Shown piece after piece: positions 32,144-41,581 of a stretch of DNA of 64,000 nt; the first letter of the stretch is position 1, and each line of letters opens with the position of its first letter. Made by a program: the position numbers and the translations under genes. The notes under the pieces are model-generated. The model had not been told where the DNA came from. It did not search any database and saw only the letters and a list, made by a program, of their open reading frames with translations. Origin of the DNA: Histomonas meleagridis 2922-C6/04-290x (taxonomy: Eukaryota > Protista > Parabasalia); NCBI GenBank assembly GCA_020184695.1, contig JAANOX010000084.1, positions 1 through 64,000 of the forward strand, in the 5' to 3' direction.

Positions 32144-35100
32144 ATGCATTCAAGACTTCACGAATTCAAATTTTTAGAAAACTATTTCTCGCCACAGTGC
32201 AAATCCTACGAATCCTATATTGTAGTTCAAAAGAAAACGAAAAAAAAATTTTTAATGACCAAATATGATCTTCAAATGATAACAATTCCACAAAAACTAC
32301 TTATTGAAAGAGTTCTTTTCCTTTGCAAAAATTATGAAATGTTTCGTTGTGAAGCAGTTTTCTTTCAAACACATATATCTTCTTTAGATGTAATTCGTTC
32401 TTCAGTTGTTCCAAAATATCTTCATATTTTCTATGTTGTTGAACCTTTACCAATGGTAACTCTTGCTGATTATGGAACAATAAATTCAATTTCTGGAAAT
32501 TTTCTATATCAGCATTTACCAAATATTATTAATGTTTTATCAGCACTTCACTCAGTTAGTTTTTCGTATTTAAATCTTTCACCTTTTTCAATAATTGTTG
32601 ATGATTCACTTTCGTTACGTCCTCCTCCATTAAATCCATTTGCTTCACCAAAATCCTCAATGCCACCACCTCCAAAAGTTTTTAGAAGTTATTTTCGGAC
32701 TATTAATGAACAAGTGTTTTATAGAGCTCCTGAATGGAATTCAATTAAACCATTTTGTTCATCTGATACATGGAGTGTTGGTTGTATACTTGGGGAATTC
32801 TTTTGTTTTGAAGGACCTATGTTTGGTTCTTTAAGTCCTGAAGATCAAATGAGGCGTACTCAAATGATACTTGGCCCTGCACCTCAATTTCTTAAATGGG
32901 TTCCATATAATAGTAATGTAAATAACGATTTACCTGAATTAATTATTGAACTTTTAAATTATGATCCTCATAAAAGACCTGTACTTTGTTCACACTTAAA
33001 TCAAAGAATCATAAAGTTCATGCTAAAATATATAGAAGAAAATACCGATGAAAACGGAAGTAAAATTCATTTATCTGATTCTACTTTAGATGAAGAAGAA
33101 GAAAACACAATTTCTCCATCATTATCATCATTACCAGAATCTCCTATTTTGTTAACATCGAAAGCAGAAGAATTATATCCAACATATGAAATAAGGCAAT
33201 CTCCAATGAATAATCGATCTCAGTTCAACAAAAACTCGATACATATACCTGCTGATAATCAAAATAGCGAAAGTGAAAATAAATTTAGGAGAAATATAAA
33301 TTACTCACAAATGTCAAATTCTAATGTTTCATCAGATGAATCTTCTTATTCACATATTTCACAAATAAGCATCTCATCAAGTAGTGATAAAAGTCCATCG
33401 AATGTATCAACAAGTGCAGCTCATATTCAACAAGCAGCAACATCTCAATCTGAAAGAACAAAAGCATCTAACTCCGAAACAACACCTCAATCGAAAATAT
33501 TTCTATCAAATATGACCAACAAAGAAATAAGACAACAATCAAATTCATCTAGTTCCCCAACATCTAACTTTGAAACAAAACAACAACCAAATATGTTCAG
33601 TTCTAATTCACCCATTAATCAAGAACAACCAAAAATATTTCCACCAAAAGTTCGTAAAATCGAAGAAAAGCAATCGAATTCATTTGGACCAGATATATCT
33701 AACTCTGAAACAAAACAAAAGCCACATTTTAGTTCTAATATATCCAACTCTGAGAAATATCAACAAAATTTGTTTAGTTCTCCAACTTCAAACTCTAGCA
33801 TTTTACGCCAACAACCAAATTCATATAAAACTAAAAGTATAAGCTCAAGCCCTTTAAATACATCTTCAAGATCACCTTCAAGGAATACTATTACATCATA
33901 TAATTCTTCAGAGCCTAATCAAAGTTCTTCTTTCACAACAAGTCCATTAGCTGTTCAATCAAGTTCACCATCGCCTTTATCAGATATTAACCAATCCAAA
34001 ATAAGGATACAAAATTCAGGTACAACAACAAAATCTACACAAGTTATTGCGACAGAATCTATTTCTTCCTTTGACACAAGTTCCCCAACCAGCATTGGTT
34101 CAAAAAGAATCAAATCGGATTTAGAAAAGGCAAATATTGAATATACAACATCTCCAATTCGATCAGATTTAGAGAAAATGAATAACGAATTATCAGTTTC
34201 ACCAAATAATTCAGATATAAATAATGCAAAGGATAATTTTTCAAATCCTATAAACAGAAATAGATCAGATTTAGAGAAAATGAATAACGAATTATCAGTT
34301 TCACCAAATAATTCAGATATAAAGAATGCAAAGGATAATTTTTCAAATCCTATAAATAAAAATAGATCAGATTTAGTGGAAAATAATTATAATTCTTCAA
34401 AATCATCAGTAAATAAAGATTTAGAGAAAATAAATAGTCAATTTTCAACATCACAAAACAAATCAAATATGGATAAAAATATAAGTAATATATCAAAATC
34501 CTCAAGAAACCCAAATTCAGATGATATAAACAATGTGCGTACACTATCTAATAACAAAATAGTTATAGATGTTATTAACAAAAATTTCTCGAAATCATCA
34601 AACAAATATTCAGATAAAAAGGCAACAGATACTTCAGATGCATCAAATAGAAACAGAATAAATATGAGCGAAACGAAAAATGAAGAATTAGAGCCAAAAG
34701 AAAAAGAAATTTCACTTCCATCAAAAAGAAACAGATCAGATTTGGGAAAAATGAACAATGATCTTTCAGTATCTCAAAATTTATCTGATTCGGATAAATC
34801 AGAAAATGAATTTATAATTCCTTCAAAAAGAAACCGATTCGATTTAGAAAAGATGAACAATGATTTTTCAATGCCATTCTCATCTTATAGCTATATAGAA
34901 GATGATGATAAAAACAGTCAAATACAACAAACAGATCAAAATAATTCAGAAACAAAAAGTGCATCACAAAGTTCAGAAGAGATTAAAAGACTCCGCGAAA
35001 GATTAGAAAAATTAGAGAAATCATATTCAGAAAATATCATTAATAGATCAAGTGATCAAACAGAAGGAGATTATGATACTATATCAATGGAAGAAATAGA

Positions 35101-35275
35101 TAATAAAATGTCACAAATCCAATACCTTAAAAAACAATTAACAGAAATTGATAGTAAACTATTAAATGGATGCGATGGATGTGATGGTGCTGATGATATT
35201 CGAGAGAATCTTAAAAATCAGCAAAAAATCATTGAACAGACAATAGATGAACTATCAATATCTTCATTTAAATAA
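32144..35275 (+). CDS. Kinase-fold (probably pseudokinase) protein with a long S/N-rich repetitive tail and C-terminal coiled coil
   Basis: FYRAPEW, SDTWSVGCILGEF and LLNYDPHKRP C-lobe motifs are present. HRD is replaced by YLNLSP and there is no DFG. Confidence 0.75.
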   Translation: MHSRLHEFKFLENYFSPQCKSYESYIVVQKKTKKKFLMTKYDLQMITIPQKLLIERVLFLCKNYEMFRCEAVFFQTHISSLDVIRSSVVPKYLHIFYVVEPLPMVTLADYGTINSISGNFLYQHLPNIINVLSALHSVSFSYLNLSPFSIIVDDSLSLRPPPLNPFASPKSSMPPPPKVFRSYFRTINEQVFYRAPEWNSIKPFCSSDTWSVGCILGEFFCFEGPMFGSLSPEDQMRRTQMILGPAPQFLKWVPYNSNVNNDLPELIIELLNYDPHKRPVLCSHLNQRIIKFMLKYIEENTDENGSKIHLSDSTLDEEEENTISPSLSSLPESPILLTSKAEELYPTYEIRQSPMNNRSQFNKNSIHIPADNQNSESENKFRRNINYSQMSNSNVSSDESSYSHISQISISSSSDKSPSNVSTSAAHIQQAATSQSERTKASNSETTPQSKIFLSNMTNKEIRQQSNSSSSPTSNFETKQQPNMFSSNSPINQEQPKIFPPKVRKIEEKQSNSFGPDISNSETKQKPHFSSNISNSEKYQQNLFSSPTSNSSILRQQPNSYKTKSISSSPLNTSSRSPSRNTITSYNSSEPNQSSSFTTSPLAVQSSSPSPLSDINQSKIRIQNSGTTTKSTQVIATESISSFDTSSPTSIGSKRIKSDLEKANIEYTTSPIRSDLEKMNNELSVSPNNSDINNAKDNFSNPINRNRSDLEKMNNELSVSPNNSDIKNAKDNFSNPINKNRSDLVENNYNSSKSSVNKDLEKINSQFSTSQNKSNMDKNISNISKSSRNPNSDDINNVRTLSNNKIVIDVINKNFSKSSNKYSDKKATDTSDASNRNRINMSETKNEELEPKEKEISLPSKRNRSDLGKMNNDLSVSQNLSDSDKSENEFIIPSKRNRFDLEKMNNDFSMPFSSYSYIEDDDKNSQIQQTDQNNSETKSASQSSEEIKRLRERLEKLEKSYSENIINRSSDQTEGDYDTISMEEIDNKMSQIQYLKKQLTEIDSKLLNGCDGCDGADDIRENLKNQQKIIEQTIDELSISSFK
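34160..34376 (+). repeat. 102-bp (34-aa) intragenic tandem duplication, RSDLEKMNNELSVSPNNSDI.NAKDNFSNPIN.N, about 2.1 copies
   Basis: Units start at 34160, 34262 and 34364 (partial). Confidence 0.9.
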
Positions 35276-35379
35276 ATGTTTATGTACAATTTCAATTTCT
35301 TCTTCTAAAACACTTTTGATTAATCTGTTTAAGAATTTAACGTATTTCGTCACTTTTTAACGTTCTTCTCCATAAACAA

Positions 35380-35634
35380 ATGACTGATACAAAGAGAGAG
35401 AACTTCAGGAAATATCTTGAAGATGGTAATGTCATGGAGGCAATCACTCATGCTCTTGTTTCTTTGTATGAGGAACCTGAACAACCGGCTGATCCACTCA
35501 ATTATATTCGCCAATCCATTGGTGCAGTAGAAGGTGTTGACATTTCTTCTCTTATTCGCCGCAACCAGGAACTCAAAGAACGCATAGCATCTCTTAACCA
35601 TGAAATTGCTACATTAGAATCACAATTGGCTTGA
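35380..35634 (+). CDS. c-Myc-binding protein (MYCBP/AMY-1)-like
   Basis: KRENFRKYLEDGNVMEAITHALVSLYEEPEQPADPLNYIR matches the MYCBP family pattern. Confidence 0.82.
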   Translation: MTDTKRENFRKYLEDGNVMEAITHALVSLYEEPEQPADPLNYIRQSIGAVEGVDISSLIRRNQELKERIASLNHEIATLESQLA

Positions 35635-36269
35635 TGAAACCAAACAAATAGCGATACACTGTGAAAATATTACATCTTTTTGATTATAAATAAAAAATCG
35701 AATTAATTTACAAGTTTATTTGATAAGTTTTTTTAAATCATTTAATTATGAAAGTACATTATTGGAAATATATTGAAAATAAAGGCTTCTAAGGAGGTTA
35801 AAGCAAAAAATTATTTTAAGCAAGGAAAGTCCAATAAATTTGTTCATCGAATGAATTCCTAAAAAACATGAATGCATTAGCACTTGATCTATTATTATGT
35901 CATTTACATAACATTGAAGATGTTAATACAAACCATTTAGTACTTGTTAAAAAGCCTAAATTAGCCTAATCAATTAAATGAAAAAAAAATTTCAAATCTC
36001 TAAGAATAAGATAATTATGCTATTTGATATTCCCCCAATGTCTTCATAGTTTATTCCCAACTAAATCATCCTTCAAAAGATAATTAATAAAATATTAGTG
36101 TTGCATTTGATCTTTAAAAAAAAGATAAAGGCAATTGTATTGATCTTGAAAATACAGTTCAACACATCGATAAAACTTATTTTTAACATAAGTTATCACT
36201 CAAAACGAATTTTATCACCAAAAACATATATTATCGAATTACAGATCAAATTCATCTTTATACTTTTAA

Positions 36270-37178
36270 TCAAAAAGAGCTTTCATCCAAGAAAATCCTT
36301 GTCATTTGTGTCACTCCCTTTTCGGCGAGCTCCTTCGAGTTCTCCTTTATGTATTCCTTCGGGTCTATTTTGCCGACGTGTCTGGACATTAGTTCCTTTT
36401 GGCTCATCGACTCTTCGTCGATGATGCTTCGCCTGTAGTTGTCTGCGGCCTTTGTCATATTTTTTAGTGTTTTTATGTTATCTTGATCGCGCTTGACAAA
36501 GTTGGAGATTTGGAACCCATTGCTCCATGTCGGGTGGTTCAATGACATCAAAACTTGTTGCTCATATTCGCTCATGCGATATGCAACAGGCATCTGATAA
36601 TATAAACGGCCAAGACCACGAACAAGGGCTTTGATGGATGGCTTCTCGAGGCTGCCTATAAAGGATGTGGTTTCACGTGCTTCGTCCATTTGTTGCATTT
36701 GAAGTGGATTATCGCCAATGCATCGAAAGGCACCAATAACAACTTTCCCACGAACACTTTGGACTGGATCAACAACAACGGCTATACAACGTGGATTTAA
36801 CTTCTCCCATAACATTTGTTGATTGATGTCAACATTGGAAAGCCAGACTCCAAAACCTGGATGTGAATGATACCAACCAACAACTTCTTCTTTGCGACCC
36901 GTAAGTTTGAGGTTTTTCTTCATTTGTTCTTGAAAGGCATCATCAATTGATTCAACAGAAGTACCAGTACCGGTTTGTGGAGTAGGAAAAACATCAACAA
37001 CTTGAATGGTATAGTCATCAATAAACTTTCCAAGCATTAATCCAACAACTTCAAGAGGAATGCCAGATTTTCCATGTTTTAGCATTTTGAGAAGAGCCAT
37101 ACCACTGATATGAATTGTTTCTGCTGTGTCAAAGTGTGTATTCCCTTGACGATTGCCGCCAAACATCATTCCATACAT
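36270..37178 (-). CDS. RPN11: 26S proteasome deubiquitinase RPN11/PSMD14 (JAMM)
   Basis: DTAETIHISGMALLKMLKHG..GIPLEVVGLMLG, GWYHSHPGFGVWLSNVD, VVVDPVQSVRGKVVIGAFR. Start set at ATG 37178. Confidence 0.95.
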   Translation of the reverse strand: MYGMMFGGNRQGNTHFDTAETIHISGMALLKMLKHGKSGIPLEVVGLMLGKFIDDYTIQVVDVFPTPQTGTGTSVESIDDAFQEQMKKNLKLTGRKEEVVGWYHSHPGFGVWLSNVDINQQMLWEKLNPRCIAVVVDPVQSVRGKVVIGAFRCIGDNPLQMQQMDEARETTSFIGSLEKPSIKALVRGLGRLYYQMPVAYRMSEYEQQVLMSLNHPTWSNGFQISNFVKRDQDNIKTLKNMTKAADNYRRSIIDEESMSQKELMSRHVGKIDPKEYIKENSKELAEKGVTQMTRIFLDESSF

Positions 37179-37638
37179 GGGAGAGAAAGAAACCAATTAA
37201 AGCAACGATAAAAACGCATTCAAAAAATCGGTCGCTAAATGATGAATAAAATTGGAATTATTTTAGTGTTTGAATTATTAGTCCAAAAAAGTAAAAGAGT
37301 TTTAAAGCAACAAGTCATAAAACATGATATTTTAGATGAAAGATTTTTTTGATAAAGAAGTTTTTTTTGAGATACAAATAATTATTTAAATATTGATCAG
37401 ATACTATTGGTTACAACAAAAATAGAAAACTTGAAGCATATATAAAACAAAGTTTAAATTTAATACTCAACATAAATTTTTAAGATTTAAAATGATTTCA
37501 AAGAAGAAGTGATATTTACTCATAATATTTTTTATGTTACCACAAAAGAAAGGATATTTTTAAGAGAAATATGGAATGATTAATTTTGCCATGATATTAT
37601 GCTTTGAATTAAATAAAGTGAAGTTAACCATAGTAGCT

Positions 37639-37878
37639 TTAAAAGTGATTTTGAGGTACTTGATTCATTTGACCGAATTGTTGTTGTTGTTGAAAATTAG
37701 GTTGAAGATTAAATCCAGTAGGATTATCAATAGTACCTACTGTTTTTCCTATATCAGTAAGTGAAATTTTTGGAGGTGGCTCGTCAAGTAAAGGAGGTGG
37801 AAATCTCATGAAGCCGTTGCTCATTTCTTTCTTGTTGGGAAACCGTTTATCGTAATCGACGGTTTTTTCAATTGACAT
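37639..37878 (-). CDS. Small hypothetical protein (79 aa, Pro/Gln-rich)
   Basis: ATG-started, coding-like composition, divergent from eL22. Confidence 0.55.
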   Translation of the reverse strand: MSIEKTVDYDKRFPNKKEMSNGFMRFPPPLLDEPPPKISLTDIGKTVGTIDNPTGFNLQPNFQQQQQFGQMNQVPQNHF

Positions 37879-37911
37879 GGCCGGCCATGTGTCACTTTTG
37901 AACTCACTTTC

Positions 37912-38232
37912 ATGTCTGCTGTTTACAAGATCGATTGCGCCTCACCAATTTCCGACAAAGTTTTCTCACTCCAAGACTTCGTCGAATATCTTCAAAAGAA
38001 GATGAAGGTCAACAAGCTTGTAAACAATCTTAAGAACAAGATTACAATCGAAGCAGATGCTAAAGAAAACAAAATTGTTATCACATGCAATGTTAAGTAC
38101 TCGAAGCGTGCTGTTCGTTATTATTCACGTAAATTCCTTCAGAAGCAAGGATTCCATGAACGTTATAGGGTTATCTCAACAGCGAAAGATACATATGAAC
38201 TTCGCACATATGGTCCAACATCCAATGAGTGA
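37912..38232 (+). CDS. RPL22: 60S ribosomal protein eL22
   Basis: IDCASP..D.VF...FVEYLQKKMKVN; KYSKRAVRYYSRKFLQK; RVISTAKDTYELR. Double TCACTT Inr upstream. Confidence 0.93.
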   Translation: MSAVYKIDCASPISDKVFSLQDFVEYLQKKMKVNKLVNNLKNKITIEADAKENKIVITCNVKYSKRAVRYYSRKFLQKQGFHERYRVISTAKDTYELRTYGPTSNE

Positions 38233-38406
38233 ACTATCCATACTTTTAGTATAAACCGATATTTTCTTAATCCATTTTTTGAAATTGAAAACAAGGTTTG
38301 CTAAAGGGTAAAAGATCATGTTCAATGATTTCTTGAGTCCAATAGCAACCTTAACTGTGTGTATTTTGAAGAAATATGAAAATGAGATATAATTTATTAC
38401 AAATAT

Positions 38407-40053
38407 TTAGATTTTGGATGGAAAGAATATCTTATTCCCATATCCTCCAAATAGTGTGAGTGTGTTTTGTTGTTGAACAAGCGAAAGATTGAGATTTGAT
38501 TTGACATTTTTGACTTTCTCTGGAATTAGTGAATAAGTTTCCAAAATTGGAGAACTTAAGTAAGGACAAATAAACATGAAGCTGTCATGTGTTGAAGCAT
38601 AGAATAATCTTGTTCCGTCAATCCAATCGCCTTTGATTTTGGGTGACGATTCAAAGGTAATACGACTTAGAATAGAATCTGGTTGACGAAAGTCAAATAC
38701 CGCAATCTCACCCCTGGCAACTAACACACCAATATCACCTATTGGTGACGGATGAAAAGATTTGAGATTTGATAAATGAGTTGGTGGAAACCCGAGTTGA
38801 TTAAAACACCTCATATCAACCAAGTAGAAATTACTTTCAGTACAACATCCAATATTAAGTGAACTTCTGTCAATTTGGATTGAAACAAGTGTGTCTCCAA
38901 TACCAAGCGCCGACACTTTTTGCCCGTTTGCGTAAAACAAAAGTGACTCATCTTCGCATACAAAAAGTCTATCGTTGAAAATTTGAAAGTCGCCAAATGA
39001 CGAGCTTTCATCAGATAGAGAAATGTATTGCGTTACATCATTGTTTCCATAAGCTATCTTTGACCGGTCATAGTTTATAGCTGCAAACGTTTGCTTGGGT
39101 CCTGCTGACATTTTGAAATCTAAGATGTTTATATCAGTTTGTAATTCAGTTATATTGGAATACCTCCCATTCTGTTGTGAAACCCTTGTAACCTTGCCAC
39201 CCCTAGAAGCGCACACAAAATCGCCAATAGGAAGTGAGCATATTTTGACAATATCTTTTATTTGATGAACATCTTTGATTTTTTGCTCAGTGTTAATTAT
39301 TTTCAGATCTTCTTTGGAAGAAATGGCGACAGTTTTATCAAAAATTGCTGTTTTTCTGTTGTTGCAATTTTCAAATTGATTAATTTGAACTTGGATTTTT
39401 GTCATTTTCGTTTTGTGCTCAACCTCTTGACCTAAAGGTACAGACAACAAAGCATAATTATCCTCTTTAAAATTGAATTTATTGCTAATGATTTCTTTGA
39501 GGATTCTGGCTTCATCCAAACCTGTCCTTGAGACAACACAATTTGATGCCTTCCTCAGCGCAAATGAAACAAATTCGTCCGGAATTTGTCCTTTGAAGCC
39601 AGAATTTAAAAAGATCGTATATAAAATTTTGAACTCATCAATTGACATGGGATAATGAAGACATCTGATTAATGTATCTTCTTGTGGAAAAAGTTCTACT
39701 CTGAGGTTTTCAAGGAAAAATCGCATTTTCTCTGTCATAAAAGGATGATGAAAATCTGAATGAATATGAGCAGCTGCATCTTCTAATGAAAATAAATTGT
39801 TTTCAAAATGGCCTTTATAAGTTCTAGGATTTAAGTTTTTTGCATTTCTTATGAACCAAGCACAAGAATGAGTGAATTCTGTTGCAGGAGCTTCTGTTTC
39901 AATTACATCATCTTCAATTTCAGAAGAAAATAAAGACCCAAATGTTTCACGTAACTTCTGGCTAAAATCAGGATTTGAACTACTTTGGGAAAGAATCGAA
40001 ACCATTTTTGGTTTCCAAAAATCACAGACATTGTCAAAAAAATGACTAAACAT
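38407..40053 (-). CDS. Hypothetical protein, C-terminal half possibly a WD40-like beta-propeller
   Basis: 548-aa open frame with beta-rich repeats containing VDMR/FDFR-type endings. Confidence 0.65.
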   Translation of the reverse strand: MFSHFFDNVCDFWKPKMVSILSQSSSNPDFSQKLRETFGSLFSSEIEDDVIETEAPATEFTHSCAWFIRNAKNLNPRTYKGHFENNLFSLEDAAAHIHSDFHHPFMTEKMRFFLENLRVELFPQEDTLIRCLHYPMSIDEFKILYTIFLNSGFKGQIPDEFVSFALRKASNCVVSRTGLDEARILKEIISNKFNFKEDNYALLSVPLGQEVEHKTKMTKIQVQINQFENCNNRKTAIFDKTVAISSKEDLKIINTEQKIKDVHQIKDIVKICSLPIGDFVCASRGGKVTRVSQQNGRYSNITELQTDINILDFKMSAGPKQTFAAINYDRSKIAYGNNDVTQYISLSDESSSFGDFQIFNDRLFVCEDESLLFYANGQKVSALGIGDTLVSIQIDRSSLNIGCCTESNFYLVDMRCFNQLGFPPTHLSNLKSFHPSPIGDIGVLVARGEIAVFDFRQPDSILSRITFESSPKIKGDWIDGTRLFYASTHDSFMFICPYLSSPILETYSLIPEKVKNVKSNLNLSLVQQQNTLTLFGGYGNKIFFPSKI

Positions 40054-40087
40054 TGAATTACCACTTTTTGATAATCATAGAGAAATA

Positions 40088-40855
40088 TTGGGGCGCCCTG
40101 AACGCAAAAAATTGAAATCTCAAAACTCGAAACCAAGTTTTTTCGAAAGATTTGCAATTAAAGATCTTATTACTGCAATAATCCTTTGTCTAATTTGGTG
40201 TGGTCTTTATTTTGTACATAGTCACAGATTATTTATTCCACATAATGATTCACTTTCAAGTTATCCATATAACAACACTCCATTTTTATCTTCATACTTA
40301 ACTATTGCGATTTCTATTCCTGTAATGTGGGTTCTTTTACCATTTCTTTACTTCCTTCAAAAAAGAATCAAATCTTACGCAAATGGATTTCATTTATTTT
40401 CTGCCATTTGGATACACATATGTGCAGTGATGACATCATCTGTTATTTCTTTGTCTATTTCTCTTTTTGTTGGACGTGCTCGACCAGATTTCTTTTCTCG
40501 ATGTGGAACATTTTCTACTCAAGACACTTGTACAATGCTTACAAGTAGTGAACTTGATGATGAGTTCCGTTCATTTCCATCAGGCGGATGTACCCTTGCA
40601 TCATCATCAATGATTTTCCTTTCACTTTTCCTCCAAAAATATTCCAAAACTGATGGGATTTGGCTACACTGTATTTTTCTCATTCCATGCTTCCTTGGTA
40701 TGTTTACTGGTTCACTTTCCATTCGTTTTTATAAAAATCATCCAGATGATGCAATCGCAGGTTTCTTTGTTGGGTCTGTGTGTTCATATATCATATGGAG
40801 GGGATCGTATAAAAGAATTTTTGGTAATGAAAATCAAGAAGATATTGTTAATTAA
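40088..40855 (+). CDS. PAP2-family multi-pass membrane protein (degenerate lipid phosphate phosphatase motifs); start codon anomalous
   Basis: GRARPDF, SFPSG and YKNHPDD motifs with several TM helices. There is no in-frame ATG before 40325; the frame opens at TTG 40088. Confidence 0.75.
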   Translation: MGRPERKKLKSQNSKPSFFERFAIKDLITAIILCLIWCGLYFVHSHRLFIPHNDSLSSYPYNNTPFLSSYLTIAISIPVMWVLLPFLYFLQKRIKSYANGFHLFSAIWIHICAVMTSSVISLSISLFVGRARPDFFSRCGTFSTQDTCTMLTSSELDDEFRSFPSGGCTLASSSMIFLSLFLQKYSKTDGIWLHCIFLIPCFLGMFTGSLSIRFYKNHPDDAIAGFFVGSVCSYIIWRGSYKRIFGNENQEDIVN

Positions 40856-41581
40856 ATATATTGACTTAAAATAAATTAAATTTTATTTCTCATAAAACTG
40901 AGACTGTGTTGCTATCATTTGGAAAGCCAAGAAATCTTATCCACATAATCGAAAATCAACTTCGACTTTGCATTTTTAACGTTCGATTTCAGAAAATATT
41001 GAACAGTTTACATGGTATGAAATGAACATGAATATCTTTAAAATAGCCACCAATTTTTCTTACATATAAGTAAAAAAGATCATTTATTTCATCAGTTCAT
41101 TATAAATTTTAAATATAAAGAAAATGGCACAAAGAAATCCTCTTTTGTGTCTTTTTTTTATACAAATGTTGACATTTTTTTGCCCGATTTGAATGCATAT
41201 AGAAAAATTCTAATGAAAATCAATTGTTTTGAATAGGGGGTAAAATTCATGTTGGCAATGCTTTTGCCTTATTTTCTAAGAAATTCACTTCAAAACTATC
41301 TAAGAGACAAATGTTTACAGACAACAAAAGTGCATATCCAGTATTTCCCTATTGAAAATAACAAAACTCCAATTATGAATAGTTTTACAAATACTCTTAA
41401 TCCATGGAATGTTGACTCACTAAAACGCACTAGCATTACAGGCGCATTTGGGTTTGAAATCAAATCCATTAATGATACTATTTTATTTTTAATTATAACT
41501 ATTTACATAATCATATATTTTTTAACTAAACGTCTTAAAAATGGCCTCACATTGATTGGAAGTAAGAGTTATCATTTTGTC

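Noticed and set aside
41249-41581. 111-codon N-terminal extension of the BspA ORF
   Set aside because: The signal-peptide-like start and Inr are at 41582, and the extension has no domain features. Similar spurious extensions were trimmed from thiolase, malic enzyme, cyclophilin and Dsk2.
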